A DNA stretch of 45,156 bases, from the NCBI GenBank assembly GCA_036676495.1, contig JAKFCT010000088.1:1-45156 (forward strand), given 5' to 3'. The notes under the pieces were generated by a model, which was not told the origin of the DNA, made no database searches, and worked only from the letters and a program-made list of their open reading frames with translations. This document shows positions 27,226 through 36,520 of the stretch, one piece after another; the stretch's first letter is position 1; the number at the start of each line of letters is the position of its first letter. Position numbers and translations under genes: made by a program. Source of the DNA: Candidatus Sericytochromatia bacterium. GTDB taxonomy: Bacteria > Cyanobacteriota > Sericytochromatia > S15B-MN24 > UBA4093.

Positions 27226-29181
27226 CTAGGAGGGCTGCACCGGAAGGACGAACCAGAAGGTGCTTCCCCTGGAGAGGTCGCTTTCCACCCCGATCCGGCC
27301 CCCATGGGCGTCCACGATGGACTTGCTGATGCTGAGCCCGAGCCCCGCTCCCGAACCGCTTCGGATGCCGGGGTCGAGCTGCATGAAGCGCCGGAAGAGC
27401 TTGGGACGATCGGCCGGGGCGATCCCGATCCCGGTGTCGATGACCTCGCAGCGCACCTCGTTCCCTTCCCGGCGGGCCCGGACCTTGATGGATCCCCCGG
27501 CGGGAGTGAACTTGATGGCGTTGCCGATCAGGTTGATGAGCACCTGGCCGATTCGCTGGTGATCCGCAGCGATGACGAGCGGCTCCGGCGGAAGTTCGGC
27601 CACCAGATCGACGTGCGCTTCGAGGGCCTGCGGCCTCAGGCTGTCGAGACTCTCGCGAATCTTGGCGCTGAGATCCCCCTCGCGAACCGTGAGCTTGAAG
27701 GCGCCGGCCTGGAGCCGCGCGAAATCGAGAAGATCGTTCAAGAGGTTCTCGAGACGCTTGGCTCCACGCTGGAGTTGCGCGACGAACTCATGTTGCTGGG
27801 AGGTGAGCGGACCTCCGATCTCGTCCTCGAGGAACTCGGCGAAGCCCATGACGGACGTCAGCGGCGTGCGAAGCTCATGAGTCACCGAGTTCACGAAGGC
27901 TCCCTTGAGCCGATCGAGCTCCTTGAGCTCCTCGTACTGGAGGCGGATCTGCTGATCCAAGGCCTTGACCTCGGTGATGTCCTGGGTGGTCCCGAGCATC
28001 CGCTCGATCCGGCCGCGACGATCCGTGATCACCCGGCCGCGCCCCAGGACGACGCGGACGCTGCCATCCGGGCGGCAAATGCGGTACTCGATCTCGAACG
28101 GGTGACGCTGCCTGAGGGAGATGGCGACCGCACGCTCGAGGCGCTCGCGATCCTCCGGACAAACCAGCGACACGTAACGCTGGCGGGAGGGAGTGTCCTG
28201 CGCGGGATCGAGCCCCAAGATGCGAAAGAGCTCCTCCGACCAGGTGACCTGGTTGGCCTGGATTCCCCAGTCCCAGCTCCCCAGATGCGCGAGCCGCTGC
28301 GCTTCGGCGAGCATGGCCTCGCTGCGCTTGAGCTGCTCCTCGGCCTGGCGCTGGGCCGTGACGTCCCGGCCGATCCCGGTCGCCCCCTTGAGGCGCCCCG
28401 CGTCGTCCGTCAACTGCCGACCGAACCACTGGTAGCGCCGCAGCCGGCCGTCCTTCGTGCGTAACCGCCCGTCCACGGCGGACTCCCCCTGGCTGAACTT
28501 CGCCTGGATCGCCCCGGCGATCGCCGGCCGATCCTCCTCCACGAAGAGGTCCAGCACGAAGCAGCCCCGCAGCTCCTCGCGCGAGTAGCCCGTCACCTCC
28601 TCGAGGGCCCGGTTCCAGTCGGTGAGCCGCCCGTCCAGGTCCATCTCGTAGACGATGTCGGGGAGCGTGTCCAAGAGCCGCCGCAAGCGCTGATGCGCCT
28701 CGAAGTACGAACGCTCGGCCAGCTTGCGCGTGGTGACCTCGAGATGGCTCACCAGCGCATAACGCTCGCCCCCGATGACCAGCGGCTTCGCCATGCCGAT
28801 GAACCAGCGCTCCCGGCTCGCCGAGGGACAGGGGTACTCCATCTCGAAGACCGAGAGACCACCCTCCAGCACTCCTCTCAGTCCCTCCGCGAAGCGACCG
28901 GCCTCCCGATCACCCGAAAGCGAGGCCCGATCGCAGACCTCCAGGTAGTTCGCCCCCTCCCCCACCCGCGCCGGATCCCCCTGGTTGGCCTGCGCGAAAG
29001 CCCGCCAAGCCTCGTTGACCAGCAGCACCTCGCCGCTCCGGGCCACCAGGCATGCCTCGGGAAAGAAGGCATCCATCACCCCGCGCAGGAAGCTGACGCG
29101 ATCGCTCGGATCTCCGCCGTCCTGGCGCTCCGCGCAACCCGCCGCCCGCGTGTCGATCTCCTCAGCTCGATCGTCCGTCAT
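27226..29181 (-). CDS. Cytoplasmic multi-PAS sensor histidine kinase
   Basis: Three PAS/PAC units; H-box THELRTPL; NLIGNAIKF, DTGIGI and GAGLGL boxes. Confidence 0.93.
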   Translation of the reverse strand: MTDDRAEEIDTRAAGCAERQDGGDPSDRVSFLRGVMDAFFPEACLVARSGEVLLVNEAWRAFAQANQGDPARVGEGANYLEVCDRASLSGDREAGRFAEGLRGVLEGGLSVFEMEYPCPSASRERWFIGMAKPLVIGGERYALVSHLEVTTRKLAERSYFEAHQRLRRLLDTLPDIVYEMDLDGRLTDWNRALEEVTGYSREELRGCFVLDLFVEEDRPAIAGAIQAKFSQGESAVDGRLRTKDGRLRRYQWFGRQLTDDAGRLKGATGIGRDVTAQRQAEEQLKRSEAMLAEAQRLAHLGSWDWGIQANQVTWSEELFRILGLDPAQDTPSRQRYVSLVCPEDRERLERAVAISLRQRHPFEIEYRICRPDGSVRVVLGRGRVITDRRGRIERMLGTTQDITEVKALDQQIRLQYEELKELDRLKGAFVNSVTHELRTPLTSVMGFAEFLEDEIGGPLTSQQHEFVAQLQRGAKRLENLLNDLLDFARLQAGAFKLTVREGDLSAKIRESLDSLRPQALEAHVDLVAELPPEPLVIAADHQRIGQVLINLIGNAIKFTPAGGSIKVRARREGNEVRCEVIDTGIGIAPADRPKLFRRFMQLDPGIRSGSGAGLGLSISKSIVDAHGGRIGVESDLSRGSTFWFVLPVQPS

Positions 29182-29387
29182 GGCTCGGCCCCTCCATGGG
29201 AGTGCTCCCCCGATCATCCCGGCCCCCCGGAGATTCCCCTAGCCACCTAATAACGAAATCATGCTCATAAATCATACGGAAGCCCAACGCCCGCGACCCC
29301 GCCCCTCTCACCCCGGGCCGCTCCGAGACCCATAGCCATGCCCCGCTTCGGGGTACAATGACCCATTGCAATCAAAAGGAGGCATGC

Positions 29388-30038
29388 GTGTTCGCCGCGT
29401 TGATGAACCCCAAACTCGCCAAGTTCCTCGATGACGCCTGGGATAAGGGCCTGGACTGGGTCCTGGTGCACGGCATCTCGCTCGTCATGACCCTGGGCCT
29501 CACCATGGTCGCGCTCAAGCTGTCGAGCGTCCTGCTCGACCAGCTCGGCAAGGCCATCCAGACCGGGCTCCCCTCGAGCAAGCGCGCGCGCGCCGCCCAG
29601 CGCACCAGCACCCTCACCCAGATCCTGGGAAGCACCGTCAAGACCGTGATCCTCTTCGCCGGAGCCCTGATGGCCCTCACCGAGGTCGGCATCAACGTCA
29701 CCCCGATCCTCGCGAGCGCCGGCGTCGTGGGCCTCGCGGTCGGCTTCGGCGCCCAGAGCCTGGTCAAGGACGTGGTCAGCGGCTTCTTCATCCTGCTGGA
29801 AGACCAGTACGGGATCGGGGATGCCGTCTCCATCTCGGGCCATGCCGGCGTGGTCGAGACCATGAACCTGCGCATCACCCAGCTGCGCCACTCCGACGGC
29901 TCGCTCATCACCATTCCCAACGGCCTGGTGGCGATCGTCTCCAACCAATCCAAGGGAGATTCCCCGCGGGCGGTCGACCCCTCCGGCGACGCCCTCGGCG
30001 ATACCGGGCTCGAAACCGCCCTGGGCGCGAAAGGCTAG
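29388..30038 (+). CDS. MscS-family channel, C-terminally truncated copy (possible pseudogene)
   Basis: GLAVGFGAQSLVKD and NLRITQLR...TIPNG present; diverges after SNQSK and stops early. Confidence 0.8.
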   Translation: MFAALMNPKLAKFLDDAWDKGLDWVLVHGISLVMTLGLTMVALKLSSVLLDQLGKAIQTGLPSSKRARAAQRTSTLTQILGSTVKTVILFAGALMALTEVGINVTPILASAGVVGLAVGFGAQSLVKDVVSGFFILLEDQYGIGDAVSISGHAGVVETMNLRITQLRHSDGSLITIPNGLVAIVSNQSKGDSPRAVDPSGDALGDTGLETALGAKG

Positions 30039-30115
30039 CGCGGCCCCATCCCTCGCCTCGCGAAGCCATGCCCGGCGCGGGGTACAATGACCCAGCTAAC
30101 TAAAAGGAGGCATGC

Positions 30116-31030
30116 GTGTTCGCCGCGCTGATGAACCCCAAACTTGCTCAATTCCTCGATCGCGCCTGGGACTCGACCTCGGAGTGGGTGCTCTCCAACG
30201 GCTTCCCGCTGATCATGACGCTGGCCATCACCGCGCTCGCGCTCAAGCTCTCGGACTTCCTGAGCGACCGGGTCGGCAAGGCCATCCTGTCGGGCATCCA
30301 GCCCGGCAGCAACCCGCGCATGGTGCAGCGCTCCGCCACGCTCAGCCAGATCCTGCACAGCACCGCCCGAGCCCTGATCGCCTTCGCGGGCATCATGATG
30401 GCCCTCTCCGAGGTGGGCATCAACATCACGCCGATCCTGGCCAGCGCCGGTATCGCGGGTCTGACGGTCGGTTTCGGAGCCCAGAGCCTCGTCAAGGACG
30501 TGATCACGGGCTTCTTCATCCTCTTGGAGGACCAGTACGGGGTCGGAGACATCGTGGAGATCGGGGACAAGGTCGGCACCGTCGAGAAGATGAACCTCCG
30601 CATCACCCAGCTCCGCAACCTCGACGGCTCGCTCATCACCATTCCCAACGGCGCGGTCTCGCTGGTCTCGAACATGTCCAAGGAATGGGCCCGCGCCCTG
30701 GTCGAGGTGAACATCACCCTCGAGACGGATGTCGACCATGCCCTGGCCCTCATGCTCGAAGAAGGCGTGAAGCTTCGCGAGGACTGGCCCCACCTGTTGA
30801 TCGAGGCCCCGGAGGCTCCCGGCGTCGTGAACTTCGCCGAGTACGCCGTCACCCTGCGCGTCATGGTCAAGACCGCCCCCCTCGAGCAGTGGGCGGTGGG
30901 CCGCGAGTGGCGCCGCCGGATCAAGGCGGCCTTCGATCGGGAAGGCATCAACATCGCCGTGCCCCACCGGGTCTACCGGGTCCAGAACGACGACGAAGCC
31001 CGGGCGCTCAAGGCCGGCCTCGGAACCTAG
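30116..31030 (+). CDS. mscS: MscS-family mechanosensitive channel, full length
   Basis: Same core plus the C-terminal domain (WARALV...QWAVGREWRRRIKAAFD). Confidence 0.9.
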   Translation: MFAALMNPKLAQFLDRAWDSTSEWVLSNGFPLIMTLAITALALKLSDFLSDRVGKAILSGIQPGSNPRMVQRSATLSQILHSTARALIAFAGIMMALSEVGINITPILASAGIAGLTVGFGAQSLVKDVITGFFILLEDQYGVGDIVEIGDKVGTVEKMNLRITQLRNLDGSLITIPNGAVSLVSNMSKEWARALVEVNITLETDVDHALALMLEEGVKLREDWPHLLIEAPEAPGVVNFAEYAVTLRVMVKTAPLEQWAVGREWRRRIKAAFDREGINIAVPHRVYRVQNDDEARALKAGLGT

Positions 31031-31054
31031 CCCCCGATTCAACGGAGAAGCCGC

Positions 31055-31957
31055 ATGCTCGCACTCGCACTGATCGCCCAGCTGGCCGCAGGAACCGTCA
31101 CGCTCGCTGCAGGCCCCATGCCCGCCCAAGAAGTGAGCGCCGTAGCGGTCTCCCCTTCGGATGAGGCCCGCCTCACCGAGACCCGCCTGGCGGAAGCCCT
31201 CCGAGGCCTCCGTCCCGAGACCCCGCTGCCGGCCCTGATGGTGGCGGTGGCCGAGCGCTTCATCGGCCTGCCTTACCTGGAAAACAGCCTGAACGTCGGA
31301 GAGCCCCGCGCGGGGACGCCCGAGCCCCTGGTTTCGCGGCTGGACGGCTTCGACTGCGTGACGCTGGTGGAAGCGAGCCTGGCGATCGCCCGCTCCCTCA
31401 CCCTGGGCGACCCCAGCCCCGCGGGCTTCCAGCACGAGCTGGAGGGCCTGCGCTACCGCGATGGCCAGCGATCCGACTTCGCGAGCCGCCTCAACTACTT
31501 CAGCGAGTGGATCGCCGACAACGCCCGGCGGGGCCGCCTGCTCGACCTCACCCCGCAACTCGGCGGCGTGCCCGATCCCCGCCCCCTCACCTTCATGACG
31601 ACGACCCGCAAGGCCTACCCGGCCCTCGCCGACGACGGCATCTTCGCCAAGCAGCAGGCCGTCGAGGAGGCCCTGGCGCAGCAGCCCCGCGCGGTCATCC
31701 CCATGGAGCGGGCCAAGGAAATCCTGCCTCGGCTCCAGCCCGGAGACATCCTCGCGTTCACCACCCAGATCCCGGGCCTGGACGTCGTGCATACCGGCAT
31801 GGTCGCCCGCGGCCCGTCGGGCGCGCTGCACCTCCTGCATGCTCCCGAGCCGGGAGAGCCCGTCACGATCAGCTCCAAGCCCCTGTCCGAATACTTCGGG
31901 GCCTCCAAGCGCCATAAAGGCCTGATGGTGGCCCGCCCCTTGCCCGCCGCACGCTGA
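31055..31957 (+). CDS. DUF1460 NlpC/P60-like MurNAc-L-Ala amidase, exported
   Basis: FIGLPY, GFDCVTLVE, LRYRDG, RLNYFSEW, GLDVVHTG, LLHA motifs. Confidence 0.85.
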   Translation: MLALALIAQLAAGTVTLAAGPMPAQEVSAVAVSPSDEARLTETRLAEALRGLRPETPLPALMVAVAERFIGLPYLENSLNVGEPRAGTPEPLVSRLDGFDCVTLVEASLAIARSLTLGDPSPAGFQHELEGLRYRDGQRSDFASRLNYFSEWIADNARRGRLLDLTPQLGGVPDPRPLTFMTTTRKAYPALADDGIFAKQQAVEEALAQQPRAVIPMERAKEILPRLQPGDILAFTTQIPGLDVVHTGMVARGPSGALHLLHAPEPGEPVTISSKPLSEYFGASKRHKGLMVARPLPAAR

Positions 31958-32018
31958 GCCCGCGAAACGCGCCACCCGCGGAAGCCGCGGCGCTGCGTGG
32001 CGGCATCCCGCAAGGGGC

Positions 32019-33767
32019 TCAGGCTCGGATCGGCGTCCCGACCAAACCGGCGCCTTCCCGGGCGCCGAGCAGGCGATGGTGGATCCGGGGAGCCTGCCGG
32101 GAGACATGCCGCTCGGCGACATGGGCGATCCGCAAGAGGAAGGCCTCTTCCCAGGGATTGCCGATGACCTGGAAGCCAATCGGCATGCCGTCCGGATCGT
32201 AGCCGGCAGGAAAGGCGATCGCCGGCTGCCCCGTGAGGTTCGCCAGCACCATGTAGCGCATCAGCCGGTCCAAGAGCGGAAGGTTCGACTCCCCCAGCCG
32301 CAGGGCGTCGGCGCCGATCGCCCGGGCCGTGCAGGCCGTCGCCGGCGTCACCAGCCCATCGACCGTTCGCATGACGGCCATGACCTCATGGTGAAGCCGC
32401 GCCCGATGGCGCTGTGCCAGCAGGTAATCGTCCGCGCGCGTTTGCCGCAAGAGCGCGAAGTTCACCCGGGCCTCGTGGCCGAAATCCGCGCGGTGGCGCG
32501 CGTAATGCTGCTGATGCGCCGCCAGCATCTCCGTGACGATGGTGAGGCTGTGGATCAGGCGCATGAGGCCGAGCTCCGGGATCTTCACCTCGACGATCTC
32601 GGCTCCGGCGTCGCGCAGGACCTCCAGCATCTGCCGGCACGCCGCCACGACCGCCGCATCGGCATCCTCGAACCACTCCGGGTAGAGGCCCAGGCGGATT
32701 CCCCGGAGGTCGCGGTCGAAGAGGCCCGTGAGATGGGGCATAGGCTGGAAGCGGGTCGGAGGATCCTGGTCGTCGGGGCCCGCCATGACGAGGTAGCCGA
32801 GGGCGGCGTCGCGGACGGTCGCGGCGATCGGGCCCAGGTGGGCGACGCTCCAGCAGATGGGGGCGGCCCCGCGCTCGCTGATGCGCCCGAAAGTCGGCTT
32901 AAGGCCCACGACACCGCAGAGGGCGGCCGGAAGCCGGATCGAGCCGCCACCGTCGGCCCCCAGGGCCAGGGGGGCGAGTCCCGCGGCCACGGTCGCGGCG
33001 GTGCCGCTCGACGATCCGCCCGTCATGCGGGCGGGATCGTAGGGGTTGCGCGCCGCGCCGTGATGGGGGTTGATCCCGCTCACGCCGAGCCCGAGCTCGT
33101 GCATGTTGGTCTTCCCGATGAGCAGGGCTCCGGCCGCGCGCAGGCGGGAGACGGCCTCGGCGTCACGGGTCGCGGGCTCCTTGCCGAGGAAGCGCGTGCC
33201 CGCCGTCGTGGGATAGGGGACCTGATCGACCTCATCCTTGACGGCCACGGGCACTCCGTCCAGAGGCCCCAAAGGCGCATTCCGGCGGTAACGCTCCGTG
33301 GCCTCGCGGGCCTGGGCGAGCACGTCCTCGGGGCGCTGCGCGATGAAGAGACGCATGGGAGGATCCTGCCGGTCGAGGTCCTTCGCGATCGCCAGGAGGC
33401 GCTCGGCCACTTCCAATGGGGTGCAGCGCCCCGAGCGGTAGGCCTCCACGAAGTCCGCCGCGGTCTCGAAGCGAAACCCCGGAGCGTCGAATGCGAGGTC
33501 GGGAAGCGCGAAAGGGGCCGGCACGGCCGGGGCCGTGGCGGCCGAGGCCGGCCCGGCGGCAGCGGGAAGCAGCCCGTCGAAGAGCGGGTGAACGGCCGGA
33601 AGGGGCTCCGAGACCGAGAGGGCGCGAAGGCGGGCGAGACCCATCCCATCGAGCTGCGGCCCCGCGATCATCGGGCCGAGCAGGGGGTTTTCCAGGAGCC
33701 TGGCCGCGAGATCCAGGGTGAAGCCGGTGGCCCGAGGCGCGTTCATGGGCGTGAGATCGTAAGTCAC
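32019..33767 (-). CDS. Amidase-signature family enzyme (fatty-acid amide hydrolase-like)
   Basis: GVPVAVKD, GKTNMHELG, GGSSSG, GADGGGSIRLPA motifs; GTG 33767 with GGAGGA RBS. Confidence 0.92.
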   Translation of the reverse strand: MTYDLTPMNAPRATGFTLDLAARLLENPLLGPMIAGPQLDGMGLARLRALSVSEPLPAVHPLFDGLLPAAAGPASAATAPAVPAPFALPDLAFDAPGFRFETAADFVEAYRSGRCTPLEVAERLLAIAKDLDRQDPPMRLFIAQRPEDVLAQAREATERYRRNAPLGPLDGVPVAVKDEVDQVPYPTTAGTRFLGKEPATRDAEAVSRLRAAGALLIGKTNMHELGLGVSGINPHHGAARNPYDPARMTGGSSSGTAATVAAGLAPLALGADGGGSIRLPAALCGVVGLKPTFGRISERGAAPICWSVAHLGPIAATVRDAALGYLVMAGPDDQDPPTRFQPMPHLTGLFDRDLRGIRLGLYPEWFEDADAAVVAACRQMLEVLRDAGAEIVEVKIPELGLMRLIHSLTIVTEMLAAHQQHYARHRADFGHEARVNFALLRQTRADDYLLAQRHRARLHHEVMAVMRTVDGLVTPATACTARAIGADALRLGESNLPLLDRLMRYMVLANLTGQPAIAFPAGYDPDGMPIGFQVIGNPWEEAFLLRIAHVAERHVSRQAPRIHHRLLGAREGAGLVGTPIRA

Positions 33768-33816
33768 GGTTCCTCCGGGTGGCGTGAGGCCCTCGCGGGC
33801 GGGGACAATCGCGAGC

Positions 33817-33842
33817 AAGCCGTCCCGATGACGGGACGGCTT
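33817..33842 (-). terminator. Hairpin after NHL lipoprotein
   Basis: AAGCCGTCCCG-ATGA-CGGGACGGCTT. Confidence 0.55.
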
Positions 33843-33888
33843 ACCGGCAGTATACCAAGAATGCGGAAAGCGAAACGACGCGGTCCCG

Positions 33889-35352
33889 CTACCTCAAGAC
33901 GCGGATCGCCTTGTTCTCGGTGTCGGCCACGTACAGCCGGCCCCGGGAGTCCAAAGCCACGTCGTACGGGCGATTGAAGCGGGCGGCGCTGCCCACGGCG
34001 TCGATGCTTCCGGTGCTCGTCGGCGTCCCCGCCAAGGTGGTGACCATGCCTCCGGCCGAGATCATGCGGATGGTGTGGTTATCCGTGTCGGCCACGTAGA
34101 CGTTGCCCGGGCCATCGACGGTCAGGCCCCAGGGAACGGCGAACGTCGCGGTGCCGGCCGGGCCGTCCTGCCCACCTCTGAAGCCCGTCCCCGCCAGGAC
34201 GCTGACCGCCCCGGCAGGAGTCACCTTCCAGATCTGGTTCCGGCCCGTGCTGAGCACGTAGACATGGCCCGAGGCATCCACCGCCACGCCCCAGGGCCGG
34301 TAAAAGACCGAGGGGTCGCCCATCATGCCGGCCAAGGTGCTGACCTCGCCCTCCGCGGAGATCTTGCGGATGACGTGATTGTACATGTCGGCCACGTAGA
34401 TGTTGCCCTGTCCATCCACCGCCAGGTCGTCAGGGTCATTGAATCGCGCCTCGCTGGCCGCACCATTGGCCGTGCCGCTGACGGTCGCCTTGCCCGCCAA
34501 GGTGCTCACCACGCCCCCCGACGAGATCATTCGCACGGTGTGGTTCCACGAATCGGCCACGTAGAGGTTGTCCTGGGCATCCACCGCCAGGCCGGTGGGG
34601 TGGTAGAAGCGGGCAGTGGCAACGGGGCCATCGACGGCGCCGACAAAGCTCTCGTGGCCCGCCAGGATGCTGAACACTCCGTCGGGCGTCAGCTTGTAGA
34701 TGGCATGGTAGTTTTGCGAGGTCCAGTAGACGTTGCCCTTCGAATCCACCACCACTTTCTTCGCGCGACGATCCGCCGGCACGCCCGGCAGGGTGCCGAC
34801 GGTCCACTGCCCGCTCACGCTGGGCGTGGCGGAGGCCAGGGAGCCGGGCAAGACCTCGAAGCTGCCCGAGGTCTTGCCGTCGAAGGGAACGTCCGCCAAC
34901 CGGATGGGAAGGGTGATCTTGTTCACGAGGTCGGCCTTGCTCAGGGTAACGCCCTGCATGGAGGCGGCCGAGACGCTGATGAGCGAAGCCGTCGCGGCAT
35001 CGGCGTAAGCCTGCGCCTTGAGGCGATAGGTGGCACCCGGCTTCAGGCCATCCAGCGTCAGGACCTTGTCGAGCTGGGAGCGGGGGATGTCACGCACGAG
35101 GGGCTTGCCCTCGGCGTCCAGGGCCGGAGTCTCGACCCCGGCATCGACCTCGAAGACCTTGACGATCACATGATGGATGCTCGAGGCCGTGTAGGCAGGA
35201 ACGACGGCCTGCGTGACGTAGGAGCCGTCCTTGACGACCGCCGAGACCTGGAGGGAAGCCTTCTCCTGCGAGACGACTCCGAAGGGAGTGCATCCCGCCA
35301 GCAACGTGAGGGCCAGGAGGAGGTGCGAGGGCTTGAACGAGCGAGAAGACAT
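33889..35352 (-). CDS. Lipoprotein: uncharacterised beta-rich N-domain + NHL-repeat beta-propeller
   Basis: Lipobox LAGC; about six FxxPxGLAVD..GNxYVAD..NHxIR repeats. Confidence 0.88.
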   Translation of the reverse strand: MSSRSFKPSHLLLALTLLAGCTPFGVVSQEKASLQVSAVVKDGSYVTQAVVPAYTASSIHHVIVKVFEVDAGVETPALDAEGKPLVRDIPRSQLDKVLTLDGLKPGATYRLKAQAYADAATASLISVSAASMQGVTLSKADLVNKITLPIRLADVPFDGKTSGSFEVLPGSLASATPSVSGQWTVGTLPGVPADRRAKKVVVDSKGNVYWTSQNYHAIYKLTPDGVFSILAGHESFVGAVDGPVATARFYHPTGLAVDAQDNLYVADSWNHTVRMISSGGVVSTLAGKATVSGTANGAASEARFNDPDDLAVDGQGNIYVADMYNHVIRKISAEGEVSTLAGMMGDPSVFYRPWGVAVDASGHVYVLSTGRNQIWKVTPAGAVSVLAGTGFRGGQDGPAGTATFAVPWGLTVDGPGNVYVADTDNHTIRMISAGGMVTTLAGTPTSTGSIDAVGSAARFNRPYDVALDSRGRLYVADTENKAIRVLR

Positions 35353-35369
35353 GAGTATCGACCTCTTTC

Positions 35370-36167
35370 CTAGGGAATGATCAGCGAAAGCGTCTTGGAG
35401 ATCGGCGCGTCATCGTCCGCGATCGCCACGTCCACCGAACCCGTTGCCACCTCGTTACCGTTCGACGTGACGCGGGCCTTGAGGCGGTAGGAAGTGTCGG
35501 GCGCCAGGTCCTCGAAATACAGGATGCTGGGCGCCTCGCCCCGGATCGTGGAGATCAAAGGCGTGGTGAGCGGCACCTCGGCCCCGTCTACGAGCTTCAC
35601 GAGCTCCGTGGTCGTGGTGTCGAAGGTTTTCCCTGGCGTCCAGGTGAGGGTCACGATCGCCTTGCCCTTGAAGGGCGTATCCGCGAGCTGGATGGAAAGC
35701 TTCCCCATGGTCGGACGGTCGTCGTTAGCGAGGGTGAGGTCGACGTAGCTCTTGTCAGGCGCCGAAAGCAGGACGTTCCCGGCCCCGTAGGCGGTGCCGA
35801 CGATGCGGTAGGTGGTGTTGGCGCGAAGCTTCTCGAAGGCGATCGGCGAGGCCAGGTCGATCGACGGCGACGCCATGCGATGCGTGAGCAGGACCTCGGG
35901 GTCGATGGAATCGGTGGCCCGGCCGGTAAGCTTGTCGATGGCCTGGAAGACCCCCGGAGAAACCTGAACCCAGGGGCGGATCTCCAGGACCTCGACGTGG
36001 GCGACGGTCTTGGGCGTGACGCGCGCCTGCACCAGACGTCCCGACGTGACGCTGGGAGTGACGATCAAGGTGGCGTTCGATCCGGAAGCTTGGGGAGCCG
36101 GCGGGGTCATGGCATTGCACCCGGCCAGCATGAGGCCGAGTAATGCCACGAGGGGGGCGGAAGACAT
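35370..36167 (-). CDS. Lipoprotein with two copies of the same uncharacterised beta-rich domain
   Basis: Lipobox LAGC; LRANTTYRI and LAPDTSYRL segments match LKPGATYRL in the neighbour; start 36167 or GTG 36176. Confidence 0.75.
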   Translation of the reverse strand: MSSAPLVALLGLMLAGCNAMTPPAPQASGSNATLIVTPSVTSGRLVQARVTPKTVAHVEVLEIRPWVQVSPGVFQAIDKLTGRATDSIDPEVLLTHRMASPSIDLASPIAFEKLRANTTYRIVGTAYGAGNVLLSAPDKSYVDLTLANDDRPTMGKLSIQLADTPFKGKAIVTLTWTPGKTFDTTTTELVKLVDGAEVPLTTPLISTIRGEAPSILYFEDLAPDTSYRLKARVTSNGNEVATGSVDVAIADDDAPISKTLSLIIP

Positions 36168-36520
36168 GGGTTTCACGAAAAGGTCCTCGTTGATGGCTTT
36201 GATGTCGTGTGAGTCGGCAGGTCTCGTCACCCGGCAAGGGGCACGGCGATCCGAGGGAACCCTCGAACGATCGCCCTTATATCATAGCAAGCGGGAGTTC
36301 AGGGATGAAGCGATCCGCGATGAAGAAATGCAACATGCCGATCGCCGGCTAAGCGGCCTGGCCCGCTGAATAAGGCCTCCCTGCCGGAGGAGAGCAGCTT
36401 GGGACGCAGCTTCGAAGAAGCCCAGCGGGCCTTGGTCCGGGGGAGCCCATGCTGAGAAAGCCGCAGGGGCAGAGAAACTACAGGGGGTGGGAGGCTACAG
36501 GGGCTGTGCAGCCCTGGGCA

